46,875 nucleotides of DNA, taken from an uncultured Armatimonadia bacterium. Lineage in GTDB: Bacteria; Armatimonadota; Zipacnadia; Zipacnadales; CAYWBK01. Location of the stretch: assembly GCA_964455745.1 (NCBI GenBank), contig CAYWBK010000002.1, positions 1 through 46,875 on the forward strand, written 5' to 3'. A program made the position numbers and the translations under genes. Under the pieces are notes generated by a model, which did no database searches, was not told where the DNA came from, and saw only the letters and a list, made by a program, of their open reading frames with translations. Shown here in pieces: positions 1-9,347 of the stretch (its first letter is position 1; each line of letters opens with the position of its first letter).

Positions 1-62
1 AGACCCTAACAGGCTCAGGGCTTCGCTGAACCAAACTGTCAAAGTTGCGCTAGCAGACCCAA

Positions 63-2358
63 TCAGATATTGTCCATCAGCAGAAGGGTCCGCTTCACGT
101 ACCCGAGTGCCTCGGCATCCTGCGGGACGGCCAGCGAGAGAGGTTCATCGACGTGCATGTACTCGGTCGCGTAGCCGTTCACCGCGTAGAGTTCGGTGAC
201 GTGCTCCTGTAGCGGAAACAGCCTGCTGGAGGCGTCGCACGTCTCGATGGCCTTGACCATCTGTCCGAACTCCCGCCTGCCCCTGAGTTCGAGCGGGTAC
301 TTGATCCGCAGTAGCCCCTCGAGGCTCGGCCTGATGCTGCGAACCGCGTCCAGGACGGGGGACGCTCGACGAGTCCATGGCGAACGAGTGGAGGTCCTCC
401 ACGCTCGCCTGATAGGCGATCTGGCAGACGTCCGACGGATCGCAACCACAGATGACGCTCCCGCGGGCAGACCGGCGAAGCCCGAGCGTCACGAGGCCGC
501 CGCCTTTCGCCCGACCCGCCTGCGTGAGTGCCGCGGCCGTGTCGGCGGCGAAGTGCGGATCATGCGTCATCACGATGAGCTGTCCGCACCGGGTGGCCAG
601 GTCGACGATGGCCTCGATGGTGCACCGTCTTCGATGGGCATCGAGGCTCGTCATCGGATCGTCGAGAACGACGATCTTCTTCGCGAGCTTCGGATCGCCT
701 TGCAGCCTGGCGAGGAAGAACGCAAATGCCAGGGTCCGCTTGTCTCCGCCGCTGAGCACCGTGCCGAAGTGGGGGGCGTCTCCCGGCTTGGTAGACGCGT
801 TGACGGTGTGCCCGAGTAGCCCGATGCGGTAGTCGGATCGGGGCTCGCCCCCGGCGTATGCAGCCTTGATGCCCGGTATGCTGAACGGTGCGTTGCACTT
901 CGTCAGGAACCCGTTCAGGGCCGTCAGGTACTCGGCCTCGAACTTCTTTAGGTGATTGTCCAGGAGCTTCTTGGCCGCGTCCTTGTCCGACTCCTGGGCA
1001 GCCTTGGTCTTCCTCAGTTTCAGAAGCGAGTCACACTGCGATGCCGTGTCCTCTTCCCATCGCCGCTTCTGAAGCCGCAGTCGCTTGACGTCGGCAGCGT
1101 GGGTTCCTGCCCCAGCCGAGGAGAGCTCCCGCTTCCACTCAGCCACGGCGGCGTTGGCGAGCCCCACCTCATCATTGTACGCTGCCGCGGCAGCCGTCGC
1201 AGCGGCGTGAGACGCCGCCACCTGATCCAACGACGCCTCGAAAGCCACGGCTTGGGACGGGTCGGCCAGCTTGCTGGCAAACTGGGGCAACAGGAGCTCC
1301 ATGACCCGCCGCCACAGCTCATCGATCTCGCTCCAGTCCATCGAGAGCGACGGCACAGTGGTGTACTTCGCCCAGTACTCGCTCGTGACCGAGTTCGCCG
1401 ACACGGCCGCCCGCAAGGCACTGAGCGTCGCATCGCAGTAGCTCTCCTCGAGAGCATTCGCCCGTTCTCGCACCTTTGCCACGAGGGCTTCGTAGGCTTC
1501 ACTGAAGTACGCCTTGAAGGCCGCCACCAGATCAGACCCGCCGGTGTCGTTGCCGCAGAAGGGGCAGTTGTCGTCGGTCAGGTACCCCAGCCCAGTCCTC
1601 AGCCACACCTCCCCGGCGTCATCGAGGTGCTCGCGAACGTGGCGTCTTACCCTCTCGATGGCTTGAGCCGACAGATCATCTACGGTCTCCGCCAGCACGC
1701 TCATCCCCTCGTCGTCGGGCACCGATGGCAGCTCGATGCGGCCCAGTCCAGGGTGCTTGAGGACCTCGTCGGCGTCTGCCGCAGCGTCCAGCAGCTTCTG
1801 AGCTGCTGCCAGCTTCGCATCGACGTCAGGGTCGGCTGGGAGGTCGAGGAACTGGTCGACGGTCATCCCGCCGCCGATCAGCAGCCGCATGGCAGATTCG
1901 GCCGCAGCGATCGCGGAGGTCTTCCCCCTGATCTCCTCATTCAGCCTCTCCACATCCTTGGCCAGTCCCACGCCTTCCTCGCCGAGGACGAACTCGCAGA
2001 GGTTCCTCCGGTGCTCCGGCGTGACGCTCGAGCCGGAGTAGACATTCCGATTGACGAACTCAGTGTCGAAGATGGCGATGTGTGCCCGGGGTGGCGTCCA
2101 AGCGTAACCCTTGAGCTTGTGGTGGCTGCCTGAGATGAGCAGCTCGGCACTCGGGGATGCGTGCTCGCCTATCGTCGCCCTCGGCTTCAGGCACTCACAG
2201 TCGTTCGTCGAGAGTGAGCTGAACAGGTGAGACAGCGTCGTCTTGCCCCTCCCGTTCTCTCCATAGATGATGGTGCACTGGGCGAACTCGACCGGCCCGT
2301 CGGGGAGGGCATCCGTCAGCACGCCCATCCCCTTCAGTCGGATCACCTTCTGGATCAT
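63..2358 (-). pseudogene. AAA_13 / RloC-like ABC-type ATPase, reading frame broken at a G5 run (or assembly indel)
   Basis: ATG at 2358 is preceded by GGGAGGGG. N-terminus is MIQKVIRLKGMG with Walker A GENGRGKT. A long coiled-coil middle holds a CPFCG zinc-hook-like motif, followed by Walker B VVLDDPMTSLD. The frame of ORF 145..2640 turns to junk after ...SFAMDSSSVP, while ORF 63..449 continues with a family-like tail (VLDAVRSIRPSLEGLLRIKYP...). The switch is at GGGGG 357-361. Confidence 0.6.
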
Positions 2359-2768
2359 ACCGCACCCCTCCCGATCGCCCCCGGTGGTATTGGCCACCCC
2401 TATCGGCGATCCATGACGCAGGCATGTTTCCCGCCGGTGAGCGGGCACACCTGCCGGACCGCTTCGTGCTCGCCTGACGAGACGGAGGTCACACACGCCG
2501 AGATCGGCCGGGCCGTGCAGGAGCCGTTTCAGACCCACGGTCCCTCTCTCTGTCGGGGATCGTGTGTGCCTCCTCCTTGCAGGTGGACTCCCGGCATGTT
2601 CCGTATGGTCGAGTGGGGACCGACCCCGGCGATGTCCCATGTCGATCCGCCGACCGGGATCCGTATAGCCAAAGCAGTCCCATCATGGCGTAGTGGACCA
2701 TATCATTACGCCATTCACTTTATGCCACTGTCCAGGAAACTGGCCAAGGCCGAATCGAGGTGCGGGCG

Positions 2769-3077
2769 ATGATCGAGGACATGCCGGTGAGGGGTGCCAT
2801 GAGGGAGCTGGGGATCACGCTGGAGGACGCCGCGGGGCTCTCGGGAGTCGACATGTCCTACGTGGGCAAGCAGGTCAGGGGCGACCGCCCCATGTCGGCC
2901 GTGGTCAGGTCGGTGCTCTCCGAGCTGTTCGAGGGCCGAGCCATCGCCTGCCTGCCGCTGACTGAGAGGCTGCTGAGGAAGCACGGCGAGGCCGATGCGG
3001 CCGAGGCGTGCGAGAGAGTCGGAGCCGAACTGCGGGACTCGGGAACGCCCGAATCTCGGAATCCCCGTTCTACATGA
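2769..3077 (+). CDS. Small XRE-like helix-turn-helix protein
   Basis: MRELGITLEDAAGLSGVDMSYVGKQVRGDRPMS resembles an HTH_3-type motif. GAGGTG lies 8 nt upstream of ATG 2769. The gene is divergent from the AAA_13 gene. Confidence 0.45.
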   Translation: MIEDMPVRGAMRELGITLEDAAGLSGVDMSYVGKQVRGDRPMSAVVRSVLSELFEGRAIACLPLTERLLRKHGEADAAEACERVGAELRDSGTPESRNPRST

Positions 3078-3205
3078 TCGATCTCTTCGAGGACCGTTGT
3101 ATGACTCATCCTGGCGGAGTCCTCGCATGACCCCGCACGAGATCACGATCCAACCCCCCGAGTAGCTCTCGGGCGGCCGGTCCGGACGGAGCGGACGGCG
3201 GGGCC

Positions 3206-3260
3206 CATCCCTGCCCCTCGCCACCCCGCTCCGCCCGGCGGATCGAGAGAGGCAGGGATG
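3206..3260 (+). promoter_or_regulatory. Perfect 10-bp inverted repeat (CATCCCTGCC ... GGCAGGGATG) just upstream of the primase start
   Basis: Arms are 3206-3215 and 3251-3260. The right arm ends 4 nt before ATG 3265 and covers the RBS region. Confidence 0.3.
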
Positions 3261-3264
3261 CCGA

Positions 3265-6200
3265 ATGTCGCAGATCCAAGAGATCCACGAGACCGACTCA
3301 CCACCCCCCACCATCGTCCCCGCCGGTGACACCATCGAGATCTCCAAGGACTGGGAGCTGGCCCCGAGGCGGCTGCCGGAGCACTCGGACGCCGACTTCA
3401 AGGCGATCAAGGCCTCCTGGTGCAGGGGGCTCACGCAACGCTGGCGGTGGTGGATGGACTGCCGGGACCTGGGCCGGGGCCGGGATCCCCACGTGATCGG
3501 CCCGGCGGATACCACCTTCTCCGGAACCGTCACCCGATTCTGCTGGAGCCCCGCAGCCTTCCGCCAGGGGCGACGCCACGGGGACTTCTTCATCAAGTCC
3601 CGGCTGCTGGCCTTCGACCTGGACGACGGCACCCCGTACCGTGAGATCCGGGACGCCCTCGCCGCCGTCGGCATCGTCCCCTTCGTATCCTACCACAGCC
3701 CCAGCTCCAGGGCGGAGCACGAGCGATACCGCGTCGTCCTCCTCCTGGACTCCTACGTGACCCGTGCAACCGCATACTCGAACCTCGTCGCCCACTGCAT
3801 GAAGCACCTCCTGCGGGGCCACTGCGATCCGGACTGCAAGGACGCCGCCCGGGTCTTCTTCCCCGGCCCGGAGCTCATCGAGGCGAACGAGCCCGCCGAC
3901 TGCCTCCTCGGGTTCGAGGACCTCGTGGCCGCCATCGAGGTCAGGATCAGGGAGGCCGATCGCCACGGCAACGCCGCCAGGACCGCCCGGGAGGTCAGGG
4001 AGCGATGCGGAGCCGCCGATGACGGGGGGATCGGAGCAGCGACGCCTTCCGGGCCTCGCACACGACGCTCGGCCACGGAAGTCGTCGATCCCATCGCAGG
4101 GGGCGAGGAAACGACTCTCGCCCCCTGCGATGGCCCGATGGCGAACTGCGATGATTCCCCCCCTCGTTCGGATTCCAGCGATCATGGGGACGAGGACTCA
4201 CCGCACGACTCCGAATATGACGGATTCCCGACCCACGACGACTCTCATATATCGTTGCGGGTCGGAGATTCGTCATCACTGGAGTCAGCCGGACGTGGGG
4301 AGGATTCCCGAACTGACGGATTACCGACGCACGACGACTCCTATGTATCGTTGCGGGTCGGGAATCCGTCATTTCCCGAGTCTGCCGGGGCCACGGAGGA
4401 GTTCTTCGATCCCACCCCCCCTGGACTTCCTGCCCGCCGTGATGGCCTGGTGCCGCCGCAGGCGGCACCAGGCGGAACGACATCGGCGGCCGCCCCCCTC
4501 GTCCACGTGCGAGGGTTCCCCGGCCTGCTGCCGAGGGAGTGTGCCCTCGCCGCCGAGCTGGTGACCGGGCTCACCCCGGAGGAACTCGAATCCCTTCCAG
4601 ACCCGGATGCCGAGGTCCACGGGTGGCTGCGGGAGCCCGAGCTCTTCGGCCTGATGGCGAACGTGTGCGGGATCAGGGGGGGACGGGACTGGTTCCTGGG
4701 GACGCTCCAGCAGCATCCGCACCTCTACGGGCACTTCGGCGAGGGCCACTGGGAGGCCCGAATCAGGACCCACCGGAACAACGCCCGGGAGCCCCAGCGG
4801 TGCGATCGCTTCTGCCCCCACGCCGACGCGTGCGATCACGCCGACACGATCCTGCGAACGATCCGCTCTCGTTCCAGCCTCAGGATCACCTCCCGGCGGG
4901 ACCTCGTGTCGCTGGGTGAGGCCAGGCGGATGCTGTGGGGGCTGGTCCCGGATCTCCTGGCCGATCGCACGCCGGGGAGGGTGGACGTGGTGCATGCGGA
5001 GCCGGGCATCGGCAAGTCGGAGTGCTACATCGAGTGGCTCGCCCGGCTCGGGATCGCCGCCATCGTCGCCGTACCGACCCACCGGCTCAAGGACCAGATC
5101 GCCGCCCGCCTCCGGCGGGCGGGCGTGTCCTGCCTCACGACGCCGGAGGTGCCCGAACTCCCGGCGGACCTCGCCGACGAGCTGGAGGCCCTCTACCGGG
5201 TCGGCGATCTCGATGGGGCCCGACGTTGGATCCTCGACCACCAGGCGACCCTCCCCGAGCTGAAGGCCTACGTCGGCGACCTGGAGCGGGCCCTCGCCAG
5301 CGACGGCACCGTCGTGACGACCCATGCCAGGCTCGTCCAGGTCCTGGACAGGATGGGTGACGAGAGGCCGGTCATCATCGACGAGGATCCCCTGAAGTGT
5401 TTGCGGCCCTGCGGCTCGGTGCCGCTGTTCGACCTCCTTCGCCTGCAGGAGCACATGCAGGGGGGCGATGTCGCGGGGGTGGAGGCGTTGGCGGAGTTCG
5501 TCGCCCTGCTGTATGCCCTACCGAACGGCACGACGATCGACACGCCGGAGGGGTTGCTCGGGAGGGTGGACCCGGCGGCCCACCTGGCGGCCGCCGGGAT
5601 CCACTCCAGGGTCATCTGCCTGCTGGGCTCGAAGCACGTGCTGGTCAGCGGGTCGGATTCGGCCAGGGCGGCCCACTACTGCTGTGGTCGAGACCTACCG
5701 GCGAACCGGCGGATCATCCTGCTCTCGGCGACGGCCAGCGAGGCCATCCACCGCCACGTGTTCGGCTCCGAAATGCGTTTCCACGACATCCCGCTCGCAG
5801 CCGCCGTCGGCCGGGTCGTGCAGTCGATGGGGAGGACGTACTCCCGCACCGACATCGAGCGGCGGGGGGTGCCCGAACTGCCGGAGGGCTACCTGTTCAT
5901 CGGGTTCAAGGCCATCGTGGACCGCTTCGGGGAGGATGCCATCGGGCACTTCGGGGCGATCGAGGGCCTGGACGAGTACGGGGGCAGGGACATCGCCGTC
6001 GTGGGCACGCCACACATGCGGGAGGAGACCTACCACCTGCTGGCCCACGCCCTGGGGCGGACGGATCGAGGGATGGAGCGGCTCGCCTACCGGACGGTGG
6101 AGCACGATGGCATGGAGTTCCGGTTCATGACCTATCGGGACGACCTGCTGCGGACCATCCAACTCCACCTCATCGGCTCGGAGCTGGAGCAGGCCGTGGG

Positions 6201-6282
6201 CCGAGCGAGGGTGCTGACGGAGGACTGCGAGGTGAGGGTGTACAGCAACCTGCCGCTGAGGAGGGCGAGGCACGAGGTGTGA
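3265..6282 (+). CDS. Replication protein: AEP-type primase-like N-terminal domain fused to a P-loop helicase
   Basis: N-terminal motifs are FDLDDG, YHSPSS...RYRVVLLL and DAARVFFPG (AEP-like DxD / sH / D..R.PG). C-terminal motifs are Walker A AEPGIGKSE, Walker B VIIDEDP and LLSATASE. The two halves are joined by an acidic low-complexity linker. Confidence 0.55.
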   Translation: MSQIQEIHETDSPPPTIVPAGDTIEISKDWELAPRRLPEHSDADFKAIKASWCRGLTQRWRWWMDCRDLGRGRDPHVIGPADTTFSGTVTRFCWSPAAFRQGRRHGDFFIKSRLLAFDLDDGTPYREIRDALAAVGIVPFVSYHSPSSRAEHERYRVVLLLDSYVTRATAYSNLVAHCMKHLLRGHCDPDCKDAARVFFPGPELIEANEPADCLLGFEDLVAAIEVRIREADRHGNAARTAREVRERCGAADDGGIGAATPSGPRTRRSATEVVDPIAGGEETTLAPCDGPMANCDDSPPRSDSSDHGDEDSPHDSEYDGFPTHDDSHISLRVGDSSSLESAGRGEDSRTDGLPTHDDSYVSLRVGNPSFPESAGATEEFFDPTPPGLPARRDGLVPPQAAPGGTTSAAAPLVHVRGFPGLLPRECALAAELVTGLTPEELESLPDPDAEVHGWLREPELFGLMANVCGIRGGRDWFLGTLQQHPHLYGHFGEGHWEARIRTHRNNAREPQRCDRFCPHADACDHADTILRTIRSRSSLRITSRRDLVSLGEARRMLWGLVPDLLADRTPGRVDVVHAEPGIGKSECYIEWLARLGIAAIVAVPTHRLKDQIAARLRRAGVSCLTTPEVPELPADLADELEALYRVGDLDGARRWILDHQATLPELKAYVGDLERALASDGTVVTTHARLVQVLDRMGDERPVIIDEDPLKCLRPCGSVPLFDLLRLQEHMQGGDVAGVEALAEFVALLYALPNGTTIDTPEGLLGRVDPAAHLAAAGIHSRVICLLGSKHVLVSGSDSARAAHYCCGRDLPANRRIILLSATASEAIHRHVFGSEMRFHDIPLAAAVGRVVQSMGRTYSRTDIERRGVPELPEGYLFIGFKAIVDRFGEDAIGHFGAIEGLDEYGGRDIAVVGTPHMREETYHLLAHALGRTDRGMERLAYRTVEHDGMEFRFMTYRDDLLRTIQLHLIGSELEQAVGRARVLTEDCEVRVYSNLPLRRARHEV
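4219..4410 (+). repeat. In-frame 96-nt tandem repeat (2 copies) in the primase linker
   Basis: Units start at 4219 and 4315. They encode DGFPTHDDSHISLRVGDSSSLESAG and DGLPTHDDSYVSLRVGNPSFPESAG. Confidence 0.8.
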
Positions 6283-6315
6283 GGCACTGACTATCCCGAT
6301 GGCGTGGGCGACTAG

Positions 6316-7347
6316 CTACCGGGTCGTCCCTTTGTAGCTACGAAGCCAGTCACACACTGCACCGTAGTCCTTCAGCGATAGCTCGAGGCCAAGGTCCCGC
6401 TCGTACTTCCGTGCACTGCTAGTGAAGAACGACGTGGTGGCCAGCACCGCCATGTGTGCACCCGCCTTCTGCTTCGCACCGCATAGCTGCCGGACAAGCC
6501 CTACGTCGACCCGGTGGTTCGGCCCGAACCGCTTGCACTCGACGACGTAGATCACGCGTCCGAGTGCGTCGTTCCTCACCGCCCGGATGTCGTACCCGTC
6601 ATCCCAGGTCTCAGGCGTGAGTTCGACGTCATACCCCATGTCGGCCAGGAGATGGCTCACCAACTGCTCGAACTTGCGGGGGCGGAGTTCGTACAGCGAC
6701 TCAGGATGTCTCGCAAGGTACGCTATCAGTTCGTCGCTGATCGCCCTGACGTGCGTGATGACCAACGGGTCGGGGTCGTCTGTCCGGAAGACCTCCCGTG
6801 GTCCTTGATCTGTGACGACCCGCAAGAGCCGGATGAGGTCTGCCGGATCCCTGCCTTTGGCGATTGCGTAGGTGCTTGTATGCGACTTGATCCATTCGGC
6901 GGTCTGGTCATCGACGCACCTGACCGAGTAGAAGACGACCGGTCTCCTGTTGGCATCGTCCGCGAGGTACTTGCTGTAGAAAGTGAGGCCTGCTACCCAC
7001 TCCGGTACGGTCTCCATCCCAGGCCACGACGGGTGATCGGCACTCAGGCACGTTCCCAGCGGCCGGACGACGTCCTGGATGACAAGGCCTATCTCGTCAT
7101 CATGCTCCCGAAGCAGGCGTAGTGCCGTGTCGTTGTCGTTGGCGACGTGGACGGTGTATCCTTCGGCGGCCAGCACGGGCTCCATCGCTCCCGTCAGGAG
7201 GGCGTCGTCGTCGATGACTAGTATGGAACGCTGCGTAGAACTGCTGCGGCTCAACGTGATGTCTCCCTTGGGCGGAAGAGGTCTCGAAGCCCGAGGGCTG
7301 CTGGCCTCTGGCGGAGCTCCGTAACCACGATCACGGGGTACGTTCAT
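6316..7347 (-). CDS. Receiver (CheY-like) domain fused to an Mrr-type restriction endonuclease domain
   Basis: The N-terminus has ILVIDDD, LVIQDVVRP, VVFYSV and AIAKG, which are canonical REC acidic-pair/Asp/Ser/Lys positions. The C-terminus has LLADMGYDV...DDGYDIRAV...VVECKRF...LATTS (Mrr_cat D...ExK core). Confidence 0.65.
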   Translation of the reverse strand: MNVPRDRGYGAPPEASSPRASRPLPPKGDITLSRSSSTQRSILVIDDDALLTGAMEPVLAAEGYTVHVANDNDTALRLLREHDDEIGLVIQDVVRPLGTCLSADHPSWPGMETVPEWVAGLTFYSKYLADDANRRPVVFYSVRCVDDQTAEWIKSHTSTYAIAKGRDPADLIRLLRVVTDQGPREVFRTDDPDPLVITHVRAISDELIAYLARHPESLYELRPRKFEQLVSHLLADMGYDVELTPETWDDGYDIRAVRNDALGRVIYVVECKRFGPNHRVDVGLVRQLCGAKQKAGAHMAVLATTSFFTSSARKYERDLGLELSLKDYGAVCDWLRSYKGTTR

Positions 7348-7454
7348 TCATCACCCCCTGCTCCGGTACCTGCCTCAGCCCCCTCGCGGTGGACTAGGTG
7401 CTAGTCCGGTGCCGAGCGAACCGGCAAGTCGCCTCGCTCTCTGCACCCCATCCT

Positions 7455-7503
7455 GACCTCCCTTGCCTGGGCCCATCCGGGTTGCCACCCTCCCCGACGA
7501 CAT
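7455..7503 (+). promoter_or_regulatory. Island leader motif, copy 1 (upstream of the tyrosine recombinase)
   Basis: Sequence is GACCTCCCTTGCCTGGGCCCATCCGGGTTGCCACCCTCCCCGACGACAT. TTGCCN and TGCCAC are separated by 14 nt, as in most other copies. Confidence 0.5.
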
Positions 7504-7518
7504 CTGCAGGTGACCTGT

Positions 7519-7546
7519 GGGGAACATCACACCCATGATGTTCCCC
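7519..7546. promoter_or_regulatory. Perfect 11-bp-arm palindrome GGGGAACATCA-N6-TGATGTTCCCC
   Basis: Arms are 7519-7529 and 7536-7546. It lies between the leader motif and the recombinase start at 7638. Confidence 0.4.
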
Positions 7547-7637
7547 AGGTTCCGCCGGAGCCGTATGTCATCTCCGGCGGCGGTCGTCGCAAGCCCCCGA
7601 ATCGGGCAAACGACATGTGAGGGAAGGGTGAGACGAG

Positions 7638-8585
7638 ATGGAACTGACCCCATTCGTGACGAAGCTGGTGGCGGCACTCGAGGCCGACGACCTAGCTCCG
7701 GGGACGATCACGAGGACCAGAATCGACGCTGCCCAGTTCGAGGAGTTCCTGCGTGGTTCGACCGGCAGCGACCTCGACCCGAACGACGTACAGGTCGCCA
7801 CCATCGACCTGCAGGAGTTCCGCGGCTGGCTCCAGAGGAGGGACATGACCCCAGGCACGATTCAGAGGAAGTTCGCCAGCATCCGCAAGGCGTTACTCCT
7901 GCTGGCTCCCGAGGTCGCACTCAAGTTGAAGTGGCCCAAGCTGCCGACGCAGCAACTGCAGGCCCCCAGCGAGCTGGGACGCAACCTCCGCAACGCGATC
8001 CTGAGGGCAGCGGAGTCCCTGTCGCCCCGCGACGAGTGCATCATCAAGATGCTGCTCTTCACGGGGGCACGGGCATCGACGCTGGCAGCGGCTCGACTGT
8101 CGAACGTCCGCCTCGGCGAACGGAGCGGGGAGATCACCTACCATGCCTCCTCCAACAAGTCGAATCGTGAGTACACCGTGCCCCTCAACTCGGAGTGCCG
8201 TGCCGCCATCCGTCGCTACATTGCGGTGCGTCCGGAGGTCGAACACGACGCCCTGCTGTGCAGCGAACGCTTTCCCTTCGACCCCGTCACCCGCGGCGTC
8301 GTGTGGACGGTCTGGCACGAGCGGATGCGTGCCCTGCTGCCCAAGCAGATGCAGGATCGCGTCCACGGGCCACATCAAGCTCGCCACGACCTCTGCCGTC
8401 GCCTCACTTCAGGTGAAATCGGGCCGGACGGAATCCGGCGTCCGCCCGTGGCGATCTCGGACGCCGCCGCCATCATGGGGCATAGCGATCCCCGTGTGAC
8501 CGCCTCCGTCTACTCGAGGCCAGCACCGGAGGACCTCAAACGGGCACTGGACGAGCTGGTCGGGGACGAGGGCGAGGAGGTGTGA
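7638..8585 (+). CDS. Tyrosine recombinase (XerC/D-phage integrase family)
   Basis: N-terminal SAM-like core-binding region. Catalytic-type motifs TGARAS, HQARHD, MGHSD and SVYS (R...HxxR...H...Y). Confidence 0.7.
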   Translation: MELTPFVTKLVAALEADDLAPGTITRTRIDAAQFEEFLRGSTGSDLDPNDVQVATIDLQEFRGWLQRRDMTPGTIQRKFASIRKALLLLAPEVALKLKWPKLPTQQLQAPSELGRNLRNAILRAAESLSPRDECIIKMLLFTGARASTLAAARLSNVRLGERSGEITYHASSNKSNREYTVPLNSECRAAIRRYIAVRPEVEHDALLCSERFPFDPVTRGVVWTVWHERMRALLPKQMQDRVHGPHQARHDLCRRLTSGEIGPDGIRRPPVAISDAAAIMGHSDPRVTASVYSRPAPEDLKRALDELVGDEGEEV

Positions 8586-8914
8586 GGTCCGGGTGCAGGA
8601 GCTGTCGGTGAGGCAACATCCGTCTCGTCATGCGGCGGCCTCCTGGTGACATGCCCGTCGGCGTCCATACAGGCGGCCAGACTGAGCAGGTCATCCGCTG
8701 GCATCGGCGAAGGAATATTCTTGGGTCCACTATAGCGGACGCCCTTTGTACGAGACGGAAGGCTCGTCGTGCACGCCCCGATGCCGACCGCCGAGTCCGC
8801 AGGGCTCGCCCCGTCTGCTTGGCGGAGCTAGAGGGTCTGGAGGCCGAGTGTGCGTAAGACCGTCACATAGTCCCGACGGACGACCGGGCAGGGACTCCGA
8901 TGGCGTGAGTCCGC

Positions 8915-9310
8915 GTGACGCTGGAGGGCAGAACTCCCATGACGCTCCACCCGAAGCGACGCTTCGCCGATCGAGCCAGAGCCTATGCCCGCTACCGCCC
9001 CACCTACCCGTCCGCGGTGGTCGGGACCCTCCGCCGAGACCGTGGGTTGACGCCCGAACACGGGGTTGCCGACGTCGGTTCCGGCACCGGTCTGCTCAGC
9101 CGCTTGCTCCTGGACAGCGGCAACACGGTCCAGGGCGTCGAACCGCACAAGGCGATGCGGGCGGAGGCGGTGCACTTGTCGGGGTACTCACCGTCGGTGA
9201 TCGTTGCGGGAGCTCCGAGAGCACAGACCGTGGTCGGGTCCGACCTGATTGGGACACCCCAGTCCCTTCGCCTGTGTCCGCAGCGTCGCACTCCGGCATG
9301 TCCGGCATAG
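8915..9310 (+). pseudogene. 5' fragment of a class I SAM-dependent methyltransferase (truncated)
   Basis: RFADRARAYARYRPTYP then motif I VADVGSGTGLLS then GVEPHKAMRAEA. The ORF then degenerates and stops after roughly half the length of a typical member, directly before the next gene. Confidence 0.4.
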
Positions 9311-9347
9311 GGGTGTCCACCGAACGCGTCCTCGACTGAGGTGCTCC

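Noticed and set aside
196-6290. Other overlapping shadow ORFs, such as 952..2133 (+), 3298..4185 (-), 4369..5454 (-) and 5397..6290 (+)
   Set aside because: They overlap the AAA_13 and primase-helicase genes in alternative frames and have low-complexity translations with no motifs.
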